From an archaeon GW2011_AR15 (GTDB lineage: Archaea; Nanobdellota; Nanobdellia; Woesearchaeales; GW2011-AR15): a DNA stretch of 64,000 nt. The notes under the pieces are model-generated. The model was given only the letters and a program-made list of their open reading frames with translations, was not told where the DNA came from and made no database searches. Of the stretch, positions 19,970-29,957 are shown piece by piece (positions within the stretch are counted from its first letter, which is position 1; each line of letters begins with the position of its first letter). The position numbers and the translations under genes are program-made. The stretch is taken from assembly GCA_000830295.1 (NCBI GenBank), contig CP010425.1, forward strand, positions 992,001 through 1,056,000, written 5' to 3'.

Positions 19970-20679
19970 TAAAAAGGCTTTCCACAGTTACGTTATCCCA
20001 GCAAATTCCGCAAAGGGGCACAGGGAAAAAAATTTCTAGGGATGAAGCAATTGTTTATGATTTTATGCCTGCTGTTCTTGGAAATAAATTCAGGACAAAT
20101 GAGATTCTTTCAAGGATGTTGTTAAGGCGAGCACCAGAAACTGCTCCATTTATGCTGCTGACTGATGCCTACGAGGAATTAGGCCTAAGATATGCGGGGG
20201 AGGGAAGCATAATCCCTGCCTTGGAATGCTACAGGATTGCCCTGCAAAGCAGAACTAGTTTTGCAAGAGCAATGGGGCTTATTCAGGGCAAAGCACTGCA
20301 TGATGAAAATGAAATAGACCACATGACACTTTCAGACAGCCTTGAGCAAAGACTTGTAGGATTAGTGGCAGAATCTGAGAAAGAGGTTGATTATGTTGCC
20401 TATAACTCATGGATTGAAGAACTGAGGGAAGCTCAGAAGAATTGGTGGAGATTAAACAGGACCCAGCATGGCTCTGAAAAATACATAGAAGCTTGCCTGA
20501 AGATTGGAGAATACCAGGAAGCCCTGGCAAGCGCAGAGGTTCTAAAAGACAGCAATCTGATTAGGAAAGTAAAAAAGGCGCAGCCACCGGAAATTCTTGA
20601 TTTAGATTTCCTGAAAAAATATATCAACGATAATTATCCTGACAGCACAATTGGCAGGGACTCGGTAGGGGTTATGTGA
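19966..20679 (+). CDS. hypothetical alpha-helical (TPR-like) protein
   Basis: AYEELG...ALECYRIAL and IGEYQEAL segments. Confidence 0.6.
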   Translation: MIKRLSTVTLSQQIPQRGTGKKISRDEAIVYDFMPAVLGNKFRTNEILSRMLLRRAPETAPFMLLTDAYEELGLRYAGEGSIIPALECYRIALQSRTSFARAMGLIQGKALHDENEIDHMTLSDSLEQRLVGLVAESEKEVDYVAYNSWIEELREAQKNWWRLNRTQHGSEKYIEACLKIGEYQEALASAEVLKDSNLIRKVKKAQPPEILDLDFLKKYINDNYPDSTIGRDSVGVM

Positions 20680-20772
20680 GCTCTTTCTCGCTTATGTTCG
20701 GAAAATAAAATTTGCAAAAATAGCAAATTTTATATACAATACTCTACTAGGGAATAGTCAGAAGGTGATAGC

Positions 20773-21186
20773 ATGCCGGAAGATGACATTCGCAGGTTGA
20801 GAAAAGATATTGATTCACTGAAAGATGATATGCAGACAAGGGATTCGCTTGCCCGCTCTGTTAATTCTTTGCTGAAGATATTCGAGGAAGCATCCAAAGA
20901 CCTCAAGATGGACACAAGGGATGCTGTCCTTATATCGGAAAAGATGGATAATATAATGAGGCGGCTGGAAAGGCTGGAAACCCATAATGAGAAGATTGCC
21001 AAGGGAATTGTGGCAATAGCGGACATGCTTGAGGAAAAGGGATTTGCCAAAGTGCAGAAGGGCGAATCAAAATCAATCCTGGCAAGCGCAACCCCTCCGC
21101 CAGCTATGGGCAGCACAAAGCAGCTGCCAACATATGATATCCCTAAAGATGAAAGGAAAAAGACATTTCTGAATTTCAAGAGTTAA
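20773..21186 (+). CDS. hypothetical coiled-coil protein
   Basis: GAAGGTGA Shine-Dalgarno-like motif; heptad pattern. Confidence 0.7.
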   Translation: MPEDDIRRLRKDIDSLKDDMQTRDSLARSVNSLLKIFEEASKDLKMDTRDAVLISEKMDNIMRRLERLETHNEKIAKGIVAIADMLEEKGFAKVQKGESKSILASATPPPAMGSTKQLPTYDIPKDERKKTFLNFKS

Positions 21187-21187
21187 A

Positions 21188-21619
21188 ATGCCCGGTTTTG
21201 AACAGTATAACACGGAAAGAGTAAAGACTTTTCTAAAATACCTTGTGCACGCTGCGGCAAAACATAAGCCTGAGAGAGCAGTAATCAGGGAATTGAGAGA
21301 GCAGCGGGAAGAAAGGCTTGTTCCGGCAATAAGGAAGAGGCCTGAGAGGCTCCATATACCTGGCAGTGCAGAAAGGCTTTCTGTAATAACAGATGAGAGA
21401 AAAGAAGAGCTTGAAGTGAAGATAAAGATGCACCACACAAGAAACAGGTTTCTTCCATACGAGCTAAGGCTGAAAAAACTAAAGAAGAGGTATGCAACAA
21501 TAAAGAGAAGAAAAATCTCCACCAAGGCTGATAAGAGAAGGCTGGAAGTGCTGAATAACAGGATAGAAAGATGCGAGAGCCTGCTGAAAGAATTAAAAGC
21601 CAATGCCCACGAATATTAA
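21188..21619 (+). CDS. hypothetical basic protein
   Basis: ORF starts directly after the previous gene. Confidence 0.6.
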   Translation: MPGFEQYNTERVKTFLKYLVHAAAKHKPERAVIRELREQREERLVPAIRKRPERLHIPGSAERLSVITDERKEELEVKIKMHHTRNRFLPYELRLKKLKKRYATIKRRKISTKADKRRLEVLNNRIERCESLLKELKANAHEY

Positions 21620-21624
21620 CTACC

Positions 21625-21705
21625 TCAGATATCTCTTGCCATAAGAGTCTCTGTTTTAAGAAAACAGAGGACAAAACAAGTGGGTTTCGCTTCGCTCAAG
21701 CCCAC
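21625..21705. repeat. synonymous duplicate of histone-fold gene 3' end plus two hairpins
   Basis: 21625-21648 matches 21711-21734 at 20/24 nt; hairpins at 21649-21669 and 21680-21705. Confidence 0.85.
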
Positions 21706-21710
21706 AGAAA

Positions 21711-21875
21711 TTAGATATCCCTTGCCATTAGTGTCCTTCTTCCGTTTGCAGTTGCCCTTTCAAGAGCCTTCTTTATGACGCTCTCGACTTTCACATTGAG
21801 TGCAGGGTAAAACTCTTCTGAGATATTAACGTCCCCTACAATCTGCTTTATCTGGGCTTTTGTTACCAGGTACAT
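21711..21875 (-). CDS. histone-fold protein (DUF1931-like), 54 aa (not in ORF track)
   Basis: MYLVTKAQIKQIVGDVNISEEFYPALNVKVESVIKKALERATANGRRTLMARDI; R-T-x4-D L2 signature; GAGGTG Shine-Dalgarno-like motif. Confidence 0.88.
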   Translation of the reverse strand: MYLVTKAQIKQIVGDVNISEEFYPALNVKVESVIKKALERATANGRRTLMARDI

Positions 21876-21884
21876 ATGACCACC

Positions 21885-23066
21885 TCACATTTCTATGAAC
21901 TTGGGTTCATTATTAATTCTTAATAATTTCCTAACCATCAGTATCCACAGCGGGCTTAGGAGCAGCGCCATGCATATAACTGAAATAATGAGCTTGTAGC
22001 CGGATTCCTCTATGAATCCTATGCTGTAGCCCGCAGTGCCGAGGAGGAAACTGAACTCTCCTATCTGTGCAAGCAGCGCGCCCGCATAAATGCTTTCCTT
22101 CCTGCTGTTGCCAAGCATCATAAGGATAACTGTATTGATAATATTGTTTGTAACAAAGACAGCCAGGGTTATGAGCCCGATGATGAGGAAGTTGCTGAAA
22201 AGGAAAGATAAATCAAATATGAGCCCAATGTAGATGAAAAAAACAGCGACAAACAGGGCCCTGAAAGGCTCAAGGTTTTTCACGACCCAATGAGTTACCC
22301 TGGACTCTGCAACCAGGATTCCTGCAAGAAAGGCTCCCAGGGCAGCAGAAAGCTGAAAAAACAGGGCTATTGAGGCAAGGCCAAAGCATAGGATAATTGC
22401 AGCAAAAATCTGGAGATCATAGTCTTTTTCCAGCTTTCCGACAAGAACATTCATGACTTTTTTTCTTCTGATAAACATGGCGACTATGAAAGTCAATACT
22501 ACCATAATTGTACCTATTATGCTTAGCTGGAAATTCCCAGTTTTTCCCTGTCCGGACATAAAGTTCAGCAGTATAAGCATCGGAACAATCAGCAGGTCCT
22601 GGATAAGCAGTATGCTCAGCACGTTCTGTCCGACTGCAGTAGAGAGCTCGTTCCAGCTTTCAAGCAGCTTCATGGCAACTGCCGTGCTGCTTATGCTTAT
22701 AACAAAGCCGACCAGGAGAATCCTCTGGAAGCTCCAGTCAAAAAAACTGCCCACAAAAAATACAGCCAGCACGCTTAGGATTATCTGGGAAATCGTCCCG
22801 AAAACAGCAACCTTCCAGCTGGAGATAATCTTTGAGATGGAGATCTCCATGCCAATAAAAAACAGAAGAAGGATTATGCCTATCTCTGCTGTAAGGTCAA
22901 CAAACGGAGTCTTCTCCAGCATAGAAAAGCCAAAGGGACCTATTATCATCCCGGCAATGATATAGCCTATTACATAAGGCTGCTTTATGTAATTCATGAG
23001 CAGGGTGATAACAAAGACAATAAGCGCGGCAAATACGCCAAAAAGTAGGAATTCTGATACTGCCAT
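21885..23066 (-). CDS. cation:proton antiporter (CPA2/Kef-like)
   Basis: ISSTAV, LLIQD, LGAFLAG, QIGEFSF. Confidence 0.9.
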   Translation of the reverse strand: MAVSEFLLFGVFAALIVFVITLLMNYIKQPYVIGYIIAGMIIGPFGFSMLEKTPFVDLTAEIGIILLLFFIGMEISISKIISSWKVAVFGTISQIILSVLAVFFVGSFFDWSFQRILLVGFVISISSTAVAMKLLESWNELSTAVGQNVLSILLIQDLLIVPMLILLNFMSGQGKTGNFQLSIIGTIMVVLTFIVAMFIRRKKVMNVLVGKLEKDYDLQIFAAIILCFGLASIALFFQLSAALGAFLAGILVAESRVTHWVVKNLEPFRALFVAVFFIYIGLIFDLSFLFSNFLIIGLITLAVFVTNNIINTVILMMLGNSRKESIYAGALLAQIGEFSFLLGTAGYSIGFIEESGYKLIISVICMALLLSPLWILMVRKLLRINNEPKFIEM

Positions 23067-24749
23067 TTACCTGTTAGTGAACCAGAACACTAATTTATTC
23101 TTTTCCTTTTTGTCCAGCCTGCAGAAACCGAACCTTGCAAACTGGACAATTTCCCCGGCCTTAAGATTTTTTACAGAAGGCTCTGCAAGGCCTTTTTTTA
23201 TTTCATTGTCAGGCATCCTTATTTCCACATTAGCCAGTTCTTCTTCTTTGGGAAGCCAGTGTATTATTGCCGAGCCGTTCTTCCTGTACTCTTCGACGCT
23301 CTTTGAATGGAACTTATACTTTTTTCCTGTAATCTCGAAATTCAGGCAGTCCATAAGCCTTATTAGTTTTCCCTCCCGGAATTTTTCATAATCCTCTTTT
23401 GCAACATAGAAACTTTCTCCAGCAGTGAATCTCCTGCTTCCCCTTTCAGGAAAATCAGGGTGCAGCTTCAGCTCAACCTGCTGCTCAGGAGCCCCTGAAA
23501 TTTTTATCTCAACAGGATTCTCAACAAAGAAATACCTGTTTACATCCTTATCGAGTATTGCCCTGTTTATTGAGGATATCATGCTCCAGTCAATATTTTT
23601 TGCAGTGTTGCTGGAAAGCCGCATCTGGTTCATAAGCTCAATATAAGTTTCGTTAACTATCCCCCTTCTTCTCAGGGCTTTTATTGTTACAAGAGAAGGG
23701 TCATCCCAGCCTGAAACTTTTCCCTCTTTTATCAGCTCCCTTATCTCCCTTCCTTTTGTCGTTGCGCCTTTTATGTTAAATCTGCCATACTGCACAACAA
23801 CCTGCTTTTTCAGGCCGAGCAGGTCCTTTATGTAATCCTGCAGCTCAATCCTCATGCTTCCGAATTCAGAGCTTCTCAGTATGTGTGTTATGCCATTTAC
23901 AGAATCTGATATGGAATTCTCAAAATCATAAAGCGGCCAGACACAGTATTTCTTTTTCTGCCTGTAATGCTCTGCCTTGTTTATCCTGAATATAACAGGG
24001 TCGCGCATGACATGGTTCTTTGATCCCATGTCTCCTGCAAGCCTTAATGTTGCCTCCCCCTCTTCATATTTTCCAGCAAGCATCTTTTTCCATTCTGCCA
24101 TATTTTCTTTTGCATCACTCTTGTCAAGGCAGCATCTTCTTCCCTCATCCCTGTTTTTCTTCATTTCATCCCTGCTGCAGTGGCAGACATAGGCTTTTTT
24201 TTTCATGATAAGCTTTTCAGCCATCTCATAGAACATGGGAAGCTCATCGCTTACATAAATGACTTTGTCGGGCTTTATGCCAAGATAATTGAGGTCATCA
24301 AGCGTTGAATCCACAAACTCCTGTGTCGACTTTTCAGGGTTGGTATCCTCAAAGCGCAGGATACATTTTCCGTCATATTTTTTAGCATAGGTATAGTTTA
24401 TGAGAAATGAAAGCGCATGCCCCAGATGAGTGTATTTGCTTGGTTCCGGTGGGATCCTTGTAACAACTTTTCCTTTTACAGCATCCGGAAGTTCAGGCAG
24501 GCCTTTCTTTTCCTCTTTCTCAGGCCTCTCCAGCTTTGGCAGCCTGCTCAGTGCTTTTTCCTGCTCCTCAGCAGACATAGAGTTTACTTCTTTGATTATT
24601 CCCTGGATCTTTTTAGAGAGGGATTTCATATCCTTCTTAAGCCCTGGTTCAAGAGCAAGTATGCTCCCGATGACTGCCCCGGGGTTTGCTTTGCCCTTAT
24701 ATTTCAGGGCGTTTTCAAGGGCCAGATATCTTATCTTATTATCAACCAT
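23067..24749 (-). CDS. gltX: glutamate--tRNA ligase
   Basis: RIPPEPS..HLGH, RFEDTNP, GWDDP. Confidence 0.93.
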   Translation of the reverse strand: MVDNKIRYLALENALKYKGKANPGAVIGSILALEPGLKKDMKSLSKKIQGIIKEVNSMSAEEQEKALSRLPKLERPEKEEKKGLPELPDAVKGKVVTRIPPEPSKYTHLGHALSFLINYTYAKKYDGKCILRFEDTNPEKSTQEFVDSTLDDLNYLGIKPDKVIYVSDELPMFYEMAEKLIMKKKAYVCHCSRDEMKKNRDEGRRCCLDKSDAKENMAEWKKMLAGKYEEGEATLRLAGDMGSKNHVMRDPVIFRINKAEHYRQKKKYCVWPLYDFENSISDSVNGITHILRSSEFGSMRIELQDYIKDLLGLKKQVVVQYGRFNIKGATTKGREIRELIKEGKVSGWDDPSLVTIKALRRRGIVNETYIELMNQMRLSSNTAKNIDWSMISSINRAILDKDVNRYFFVENPVEIKISGAPEQQVELKLHPDFPERGSRRFTAGESFYVAKEDYEKFREGKLIRLMDCLNFEITGKKYKFHSKSVEEYRKNGSAIIHWLPKEEELANVEIRMPDNEIKKGLAEPSVKNLKAGEIVQFARFGFCRLDKKEKNKLVFWFTNR

Positions 24750-24800
24750 TTATTTATGGATAAGGAGCTAGTATTTTAAGGTTTTTAGGAAAAGCTGATA

Positions 24801-26522
24801 TTAGACAACCCTCTTGAACATCTTCTCGAGCTCGTAGAATGACCACGTTATCATTATAGGCCTTCCATGCGGGCAGGTGTAAGGAATGTTCTTCTTTACA
24901 AGCTCTCTGATATACTGCTTTATCTGAGGCAGAGTAATTTCGTCGCCGGCTTTTATTGCAGTCCTGCATGCCATCCTTGCAATCCTGTTGTGGAATATTG
25001 TTGCGAGCGATTCTATCTTGCCTAATTTTCCAAGCTCGTCGAGGAAATCCATGAATATTTTCTTGTCAAAATTTCTCCCGAGCAGGACAGGAATTGTCCT
25101 GATTATTATTGTGTTGTTCCCGAATTCCTCAGTCTTGTATCCCATGCCTTCCAGCAGCTCCTTTTTTTCAAGGCTGAGGCTGAACTGCTTTGGAGGAAGC
25201 TCAATTATGACCGGCTCGAGAAGCTTCTGTATGCTAACTTTTTTATTTTTCAGCTCTTCTGTAAATTTCTCATACAATATCCTTTCAGCAGCAGCGTGCT
25301 GGTCAATAAGAAGGAGATTGCCAGTAATCTCAGCCAGTATGTAGGTCTTGTTTATTATGCCAAGAACATTCAGCTCAGGAAGCAGTTCTGCTTCTGCTCT
25401 CTTATCTTCTTTTACAAGCAATTTCTGCTTTATATCTTCAACATGGTAGCCGCTGTTATTTTTTCCGCTGAAATCACTTAGCTTTTTTGAAGTGCTTTCC
25501 AGGACTTCAGGGATAAGATTGTTCTTCCTTATAGTTTCTCTAACAGCACTGAAAACAGCGTCATAGATGCCTTTTGTATCCTTTATCCTTATCTCCGATT
25601 TCTGCGGGTGGACATTGACGTCAGCCCTTTCAGGCTCAATCTCTACGTCGAGCACAACAACAGGGTGCCTGTTCACCATCACAAGAGTCTTGTATGCGTC
25701 TCTTATTGCTTCGCTTATCCCGCTGTTCTTTTTTATGTATCTCCTGTTGACATAGACAGACTGCTCGTTCCTTGTTGACCTTGTCAGGGACGGCTTTGAG
25801 ATATAGCCGGTAATCCTTATGTCATCGCCATGCTCAACCCTGAGCATCTGCTTTGCTGCGTCTTTCCCGTATATATGCGTGAAATTTGTCAGGCTGTCTT
25901 CAGTTGCAGGGCTGTCGAGAAGTATCTTTTCATGATGGCTCAGCCTGAAATGGACTTTGTGGTGTATAAGTGCATACCTTGTCACAATGTCAGCTATATG
26001 GGAAAGCTCCTGCTCAGTTGATTTCAGGTATTTTTTCCTGGCCGGAGTGTTGAAGAACAATTCCTTAACCTCAACTATTGTCCCCTCAGGGCATCCGTAT
26101 TCCTCGCTTATTATTTTCTTTCCTCCCTCAACAACGATTTTTGTCCCTGAAAGAGCTTTTTTTGGCTTTGTGATAATAGTGAGTTTTGAGACAGCAGCTA
26201 TGCTAGCCAGTGCTTCTCCCCTGAATCCGAGTGTTCTTACAGAAAACAGATCATCTATATTTTTTATCTTGCTGGTGGAGTGCCTCTGCCATGAAAGCTC
26301 AGCATCTTCTTTTGACATGCCATCACCGTCATCTATTACTTTTATGAAAGATTTTCCGCCTTCCTTTACTTCTACAAATATCTTTTCTGCATTTGCGTCT
26401 ATGGAGTTCTCTATTAATTCTTTTACAACAGAAGCAGGCCTCTCAATAACTTCTCCTGCAGCTATCTTGTTTATGAGAGCCTCGTCAAGTATGATTATGT
26501 TCTGAATATCTATCCCCCTCAT
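24801..26522 (-). CDS. mutL: DNA mismatch repair endonuclease MutL
   Basis: IAAGEVIERP, GFRGEAL, DVNVHP, DQHAAAER, ACR, CPHGRP. Confidence 0.96.
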   Translation of the reverse strand: MRGIDIQNIIILDEALINKIAAGEVIERPASVVKELIENSIDANAEKIFVEVKEGGKSFIKVIDDGDGMSKEDAELSWQRHSTSKIKNIDDLFSVRTLGFRGEALASIAAVSKLTIITKPKKALSGTKIVVEGGKKIISEEYGCPEGTIVEVKELFFNTPARKKYLKSTEQELSHIADIVTRYALIHHKVHFRLSHHEKILLDSPATEDSLTNFTHIYGKDAAKQMLRVEHGDDIRITGYISKPSLTRSTRNEQSVYVNRRYIKKNSGISEAIRDAYKTLVMVNRHPVVVLDVEIEPERADVNVHPQKSEIRIKDTKGIYDAVFSAVRETIRKNNLIPEVLESTSKKLSDFSGKNNSGYHVEDIKQKLLVKEDKRAEAELLPELNVLGIINKTYILAEITGNLLLIDQHAAAERILYEKFTEELKNKKVSIQKLLEPVIIELPPKQFSLSLEKKELLEGMGYKTEEFGNNTIIIRTIPVLLGRNFDKKIFMDFLDELGKLGKIESLATIFHNRIARMACRTAIKAGDEITLPQIKQYIRELVKKNIPYTCPHGRPIMITWSFYELEKMFKRVV

Positions 26523-26591
26523 TGAAAAACAGGAGATTGATATAAAAAGATTTTGGTAAATCTTAAATATAAAGAAAATATTGGGAATGGC

Positions 26592-27143
26592 ATGGGTGGG
26601 GATGATGGGTTAAACAGCAATATTGTTAAGCCTATAATCAAGATTCTCTATAATTCCAATTATAAGCGGAACGGCACTGAAGATAAGTTCTTAAGAGTTG
26701 CATTGTACAGGCTCAGGATAAAACCCCCTGAAAGCTATGGTGGAGAATATGATGATTATGAGGATTATGAAGAGCCTGAGGGTCCTGAAGAAGAAGATGA
26801 TTTTGAAGAAAGTGAAGATCATAAACTTTTGTATGATAAACTTAGGAATCTTAGCCATGCCGGCCAGGTTGAGGAGCTGAAAACACATCTTTTAGCATAC
26901 GGGGACCCATATGGCTGCAGCATAGAAGCATTTACAGGTGTGCCAGAACAAAAATATTCTCCCCTGATTGAAATCGTGAGGTTTCAGAGGCCTGTCGGGA
27001 TTTTTTACATAGAAGAGGAAGCATACATTGGGGTAAACAGCATCCCGCTTTACAACAACCTGGATGTTCGTGGCAACAGGGAAGAAATCAAGAGTAAGGT
27101 ATTTACGAATCTTGATGAAGTGCTGTTAGCGAGAAGAAACTAG
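26592..27143 (+). CDS. hypothetical protein with acidic insert
   Basis: ORF with ATG 26592 chosen as start. Confidence 0.55.
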   Translation: MGGDDGLNSNIVKPIIKILYNSNYKRNGTEDKFLRVALYRLRIKPPESYGGEYDDYEDYEEPEGPEEEDDFEESEDHKLLYDKLRNLSHAGQVEELKTHLLAYGDPYGCSIEAFTGVPEQKYSPLIEIVRFQRPVGIFYIEEEAYIGVNSIPLYNNLDVRGNREEIKSKVFTNLDEVLLARRN

Positions 27144-27145
27144 GA

Positions 27146-27541
27146 TTACCACTTTTTCTTTTCCTGCTCTTGCCTGGCCATGTGCTCTAAATTAGCAAGC
27201 CTCTGGTTTATTGCTTCCATGCCGGCTTTCAGATAGTCAAGCTTTGAAGAAATCAGGTCAAGGTCTTTCTGCAGAGGATTAGGACCATGGAATCCAGGGG
27301 ATGAAGGCTGATAGCCATCATCGCTTCCGTACATGGCTTCCATCCTGCCCTGCCTTATGTTTTCACCCAACGGCATCCTCATCCTTGGGTCATCCATGGG
27401 CTCAGGCTGGCTCATTGAAGGAGGACCGCCATATTCCTGGGAAGAAGGGTTAAATGTGTCATTGCCACCCATGCTATCAAGTGGAGGCAGAGCAAGCTCA
27501 TCCTTTTTCCTGAAAGGATTTATGCTGTCAAAAATTCCCAT
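27146..27541 (-). CDS. hypothetical protein (Pro/Gly-rich, C-terminal coiled coil)
   Basis: KDLDLISSKLDYLKA..INQRLANLE. Confidence 0.7.
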   Translation of the reverse strand: MGIFDSINPFRKKDELALPPLDSMGGNDTFNPSSQEYGGPPSMSQPEPMDDPRMRMPLGENIRQGRMEAMYGSDDGYQPSSPGFHGPNPLQKDLDLISSKLDYLKAGMEAINQRLANLEHMARQEQEKKKW

Positions 27542-27606
27542 AATAGTGTATCATGGAGCCTGCACTTTAATAATTTTTTGCTATTTTCTGCAGCCCTTAA
27601 AGAATT

Positions 27607-28902
27607 TTAATAGCCGAGATCAGGATACAAAGGGAACTCCCTGATGAATTCAAGCACTTCTTCCCTTACTTTCTGCTTTACAGATTCATCACTTGGATTT
27701 TTCAGTGTCCTCACATACCATTCTCCGATCTGCTTCATCTCTGACTCTTTCATCCCCCTGCTTGTTATCGCAGGTGTCCCAAGTCTTATGCCGCATGGAT
27801 TGAATGGCGTTCCTCTGTCTCCGGGAATCATGTTCTTGTTTGTGAATATGTGGACTTCATCAAGCACTGTCTCTGCCTCCTTGCCCATTATGCCGAAGCT
27901 CTTCTCGACATCCAGCAGAATCAGGTGGTTGTCAGTGCCTCCGCTTACCATTGTAACTCCGTTTTCTGAGAAGACTTCTGCAAGCGCCTTTGCGTTCTTC
28001 ACTATCTGCTCTGCATATTTTCTGAAATCAGGCTCTAAAGCCTCCTTGAATGCAACAGCCTTGCCTGCAATCACATGGTCCAGCGGGCCGCCCTGCATGC
28101 CCGGGAAAACAGCAGAATCTATTTTCTGGGCAAGATTTTTCTTATCATTTGGTTTCAGTCTGTCTTGAATCTTTGACATTATCATTGCCCCTCTCGGGCC
28201 TCTCAGTGTCTTGTGCGTTGTGGTTGTCACAACATCTGCTATAGGGACAGGGTTCTCATGCACTCCTGCAGCGCACAATCCTGCGATATGCGCAATATCA
28301 GACATGTGGTATGCACCGACTTCCTCTGCTATCTCCTGGAATGCCCTGAAATCCAGCTTCCTTGGATATGCGGAGAATCCTGACAAAAGAATTTTCGGCT
28401 TGAATTCCAGTGCCTTTTTCCTGACCTGGTCCATGTCAATCCTTCCTGTTTCAGGGTCAACGCCGTAATGCTCCATTGTGTAGAATTTTCCTGAAAAATT
28501 GACAGTGCTCCCGTGAGTCAGATGGCCGCCATGGCTAAGGTCCATTGCAAGGACCTTGTCTTTTAATTCCAGCAGTGCAAAATAGACTTCTGCGTTTGCC
28601 TGTGAGCCTGCATGTGGCTGGACATTCACATGCTCAGCATTAAATAATTTTTTAGCCCTGTTTATTGCCAGCTGCTCTGTTACATCAATATATTTGTTGC
28701 CTGAATAATATCTTTTGTTTGGCAGGCCCTCAGAATACTTGTTTGTAAGCGTTGTCCCGACAACTTCCAGAACAGCCTTTGAGACAAAGTTTTCAGAGGC
28801 AATCATCTCAATGCCCTCTCTCTGCCTCTTTGTTTCATTGATTACAGCGTCATATACAGCTCTGTCAGTATTTTTCAGAGATTCAAGCATTTTCCCCATC
28901 AA
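27607..28902 (-). CDS. glyA: serine hydroxymethyltransferase (bacterial type)
   Basis: IASENF, NKYSEG, GGHLTHG, TTTHKTLRGPRG. Confidence 0.97.
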   Translation of the reverse strand: MMGKMLESLKNTDRAVYDAVINETKRQREGIEMIASENFVSKAVLEVVGTTLTNKYSEGLPNKRYYSGNKYIDVTEQLAINRAKKLFNAEHVNVQPHAGSQANAEVYFALLELKDKVLAMDLSHGGHLTHGSTVNFSGKFYTMEHYGVDPETGRIDMDQVRKKALEFKPKILLSGFSAYPRKLDFRAFQEIAEEVGAYHMSDIAHIAGLCAAGVHENPVPIADVVTTTTHKTLRGPRGAMIMSKIQDRLKPNDKKNLAQKIDSAVFPGMQGGPLDHVIAGKAVAFKEALEPDFRKYAEQIVKNAKALAEVFSENGVTMVSGGTDNHLILLDVEKSFGIMGKEAETVLDEVHIFTNKNMIPGDRGTPFNPCGIRLGTPAITSRGMKESEMKQIGEWYVRTLKNPSDESVKQKVREEVLEFIREFPLYPDLGY

Positions 28903-29046
28903 TGCTTGTAATTAGTTCACAATTTAAAAAGGTTTTGACACAGCCAACTTTACGAAAGCATGTGTCTCAACGCCCAAAGATTTTGAAATAAAGATTTTGA
29001 AATACTAACGCAATATTTATATAGGAGATATATGTTAGTAACCTTC

Positions 29047-29856
29047 ATGAAAAAAGCATGGGTTTTGTTTATTCTCCTGATATTGGTTTTTAGTGTTGTC
29101 AGCGTAGCATATGCCAAGGATGATGACACGTCAGCTGATTCTGGCGACAATTCCGGCAAAGATTCAAAAGATCAAGAGGACGATTTAGACGATGATTCCG
29201 CAGACGACAATTCTGAGGATATTGATAACAACGAAGATGACTTAGATGATGACTTAGATGATGATTCAGACAATTTAGAAGAGGATGAGAACGAAGAATC
29301 TGAAAATAAAGGAAAATCAGAGGAGATAAAAGAGAAATATGAGCTAAAGTACAGGTATATAAATGAGAACGGCGAAGAAGTTGAAGTGGAGATAAAGCAG
29401 GAAACAAAAATAAAAAATGGAGAAGTATTTCAAAAAATAAAAGTCAAGGGTGTTGAGGCAGAGACAGAGCTTGAAATCAGCTCTGACAAAGGGAAATTAA
29501 AAACAAAACTTTCCAACGGGAATGAATATGAAGTAAAGATTATGCCAAGCACTGCTTCTGAGAAAGCAATTGAAAGGCTGAAGACTAACAAGAATCTCTC
29601 TATTGAATTAAAAGAAGTCGGAGAAGGGAATAATTTAAGCGTTGTTTATGACATTGAAGGCAACAGAACAGTAAGGTTTCTCGGCCTGTTCAAAGTCGAA
29701 ACAAAATTAAGAGCAAGAGTTGATGCTGATACAGGCGAGCTTATTGAATTTGAAACGCCATGGTGGTATTTCCTCGCAGGGAGAGAAACTGAAGAGCAGG
29801 ATGGCACCAGCGAAGAGATAAACCAGACAGAAGATAACCAGACTGAGATAGTTTAA
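29047..29856 (+). CDS. secreted acidic protein
   Basis: Signal peptide, Asp-rich tract, C-terminal PWWYFLA. Confidence 0.75.
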   Translation: MKKAWVLFILLILVFSVVSVAYAKDDDTSADSGDNSGKDSKDQEDDLDDDSADDNSEDIDNNEDDLDDDLDDDSDNLEEDENEESENKGKSEEIKEKYELKYRYINENGEEVEVEIKQETKIKNGEVFQKIKVKGVEAETELEISSDKGKLKTKLSNGNEYEVKIMPSTASEKAIERLKTNKNLSIELKEVGEGNNLSVVYDIEGNRTVRFLGLFKVETKLRARVDADTGELIEFETPWWYFLAGRETEEQDGTSEEINQTEDNQTEIV

Positions 29857-29957
29857 GTTCCTAAACAAATTCTACTTTTTGCATAATTCAAGGATATTGC
29901 GGAATCTTTTAGAGAACAATAATATTTTTAAATATATTCCTATACTCAAAGCAAGGG

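Noticed and set aside
20706-20734. Inverted repeat ATAAAATTTGC...GCAAATTTTAT overlapping a TATA box
   Set aside because: A single AT-rich instance with no identifiable regulator.
29160-29300. GATGACTTAGAT-like repeats
   Set aside because: They encode the Asp-rich low-complexity tract of a secreted protein.
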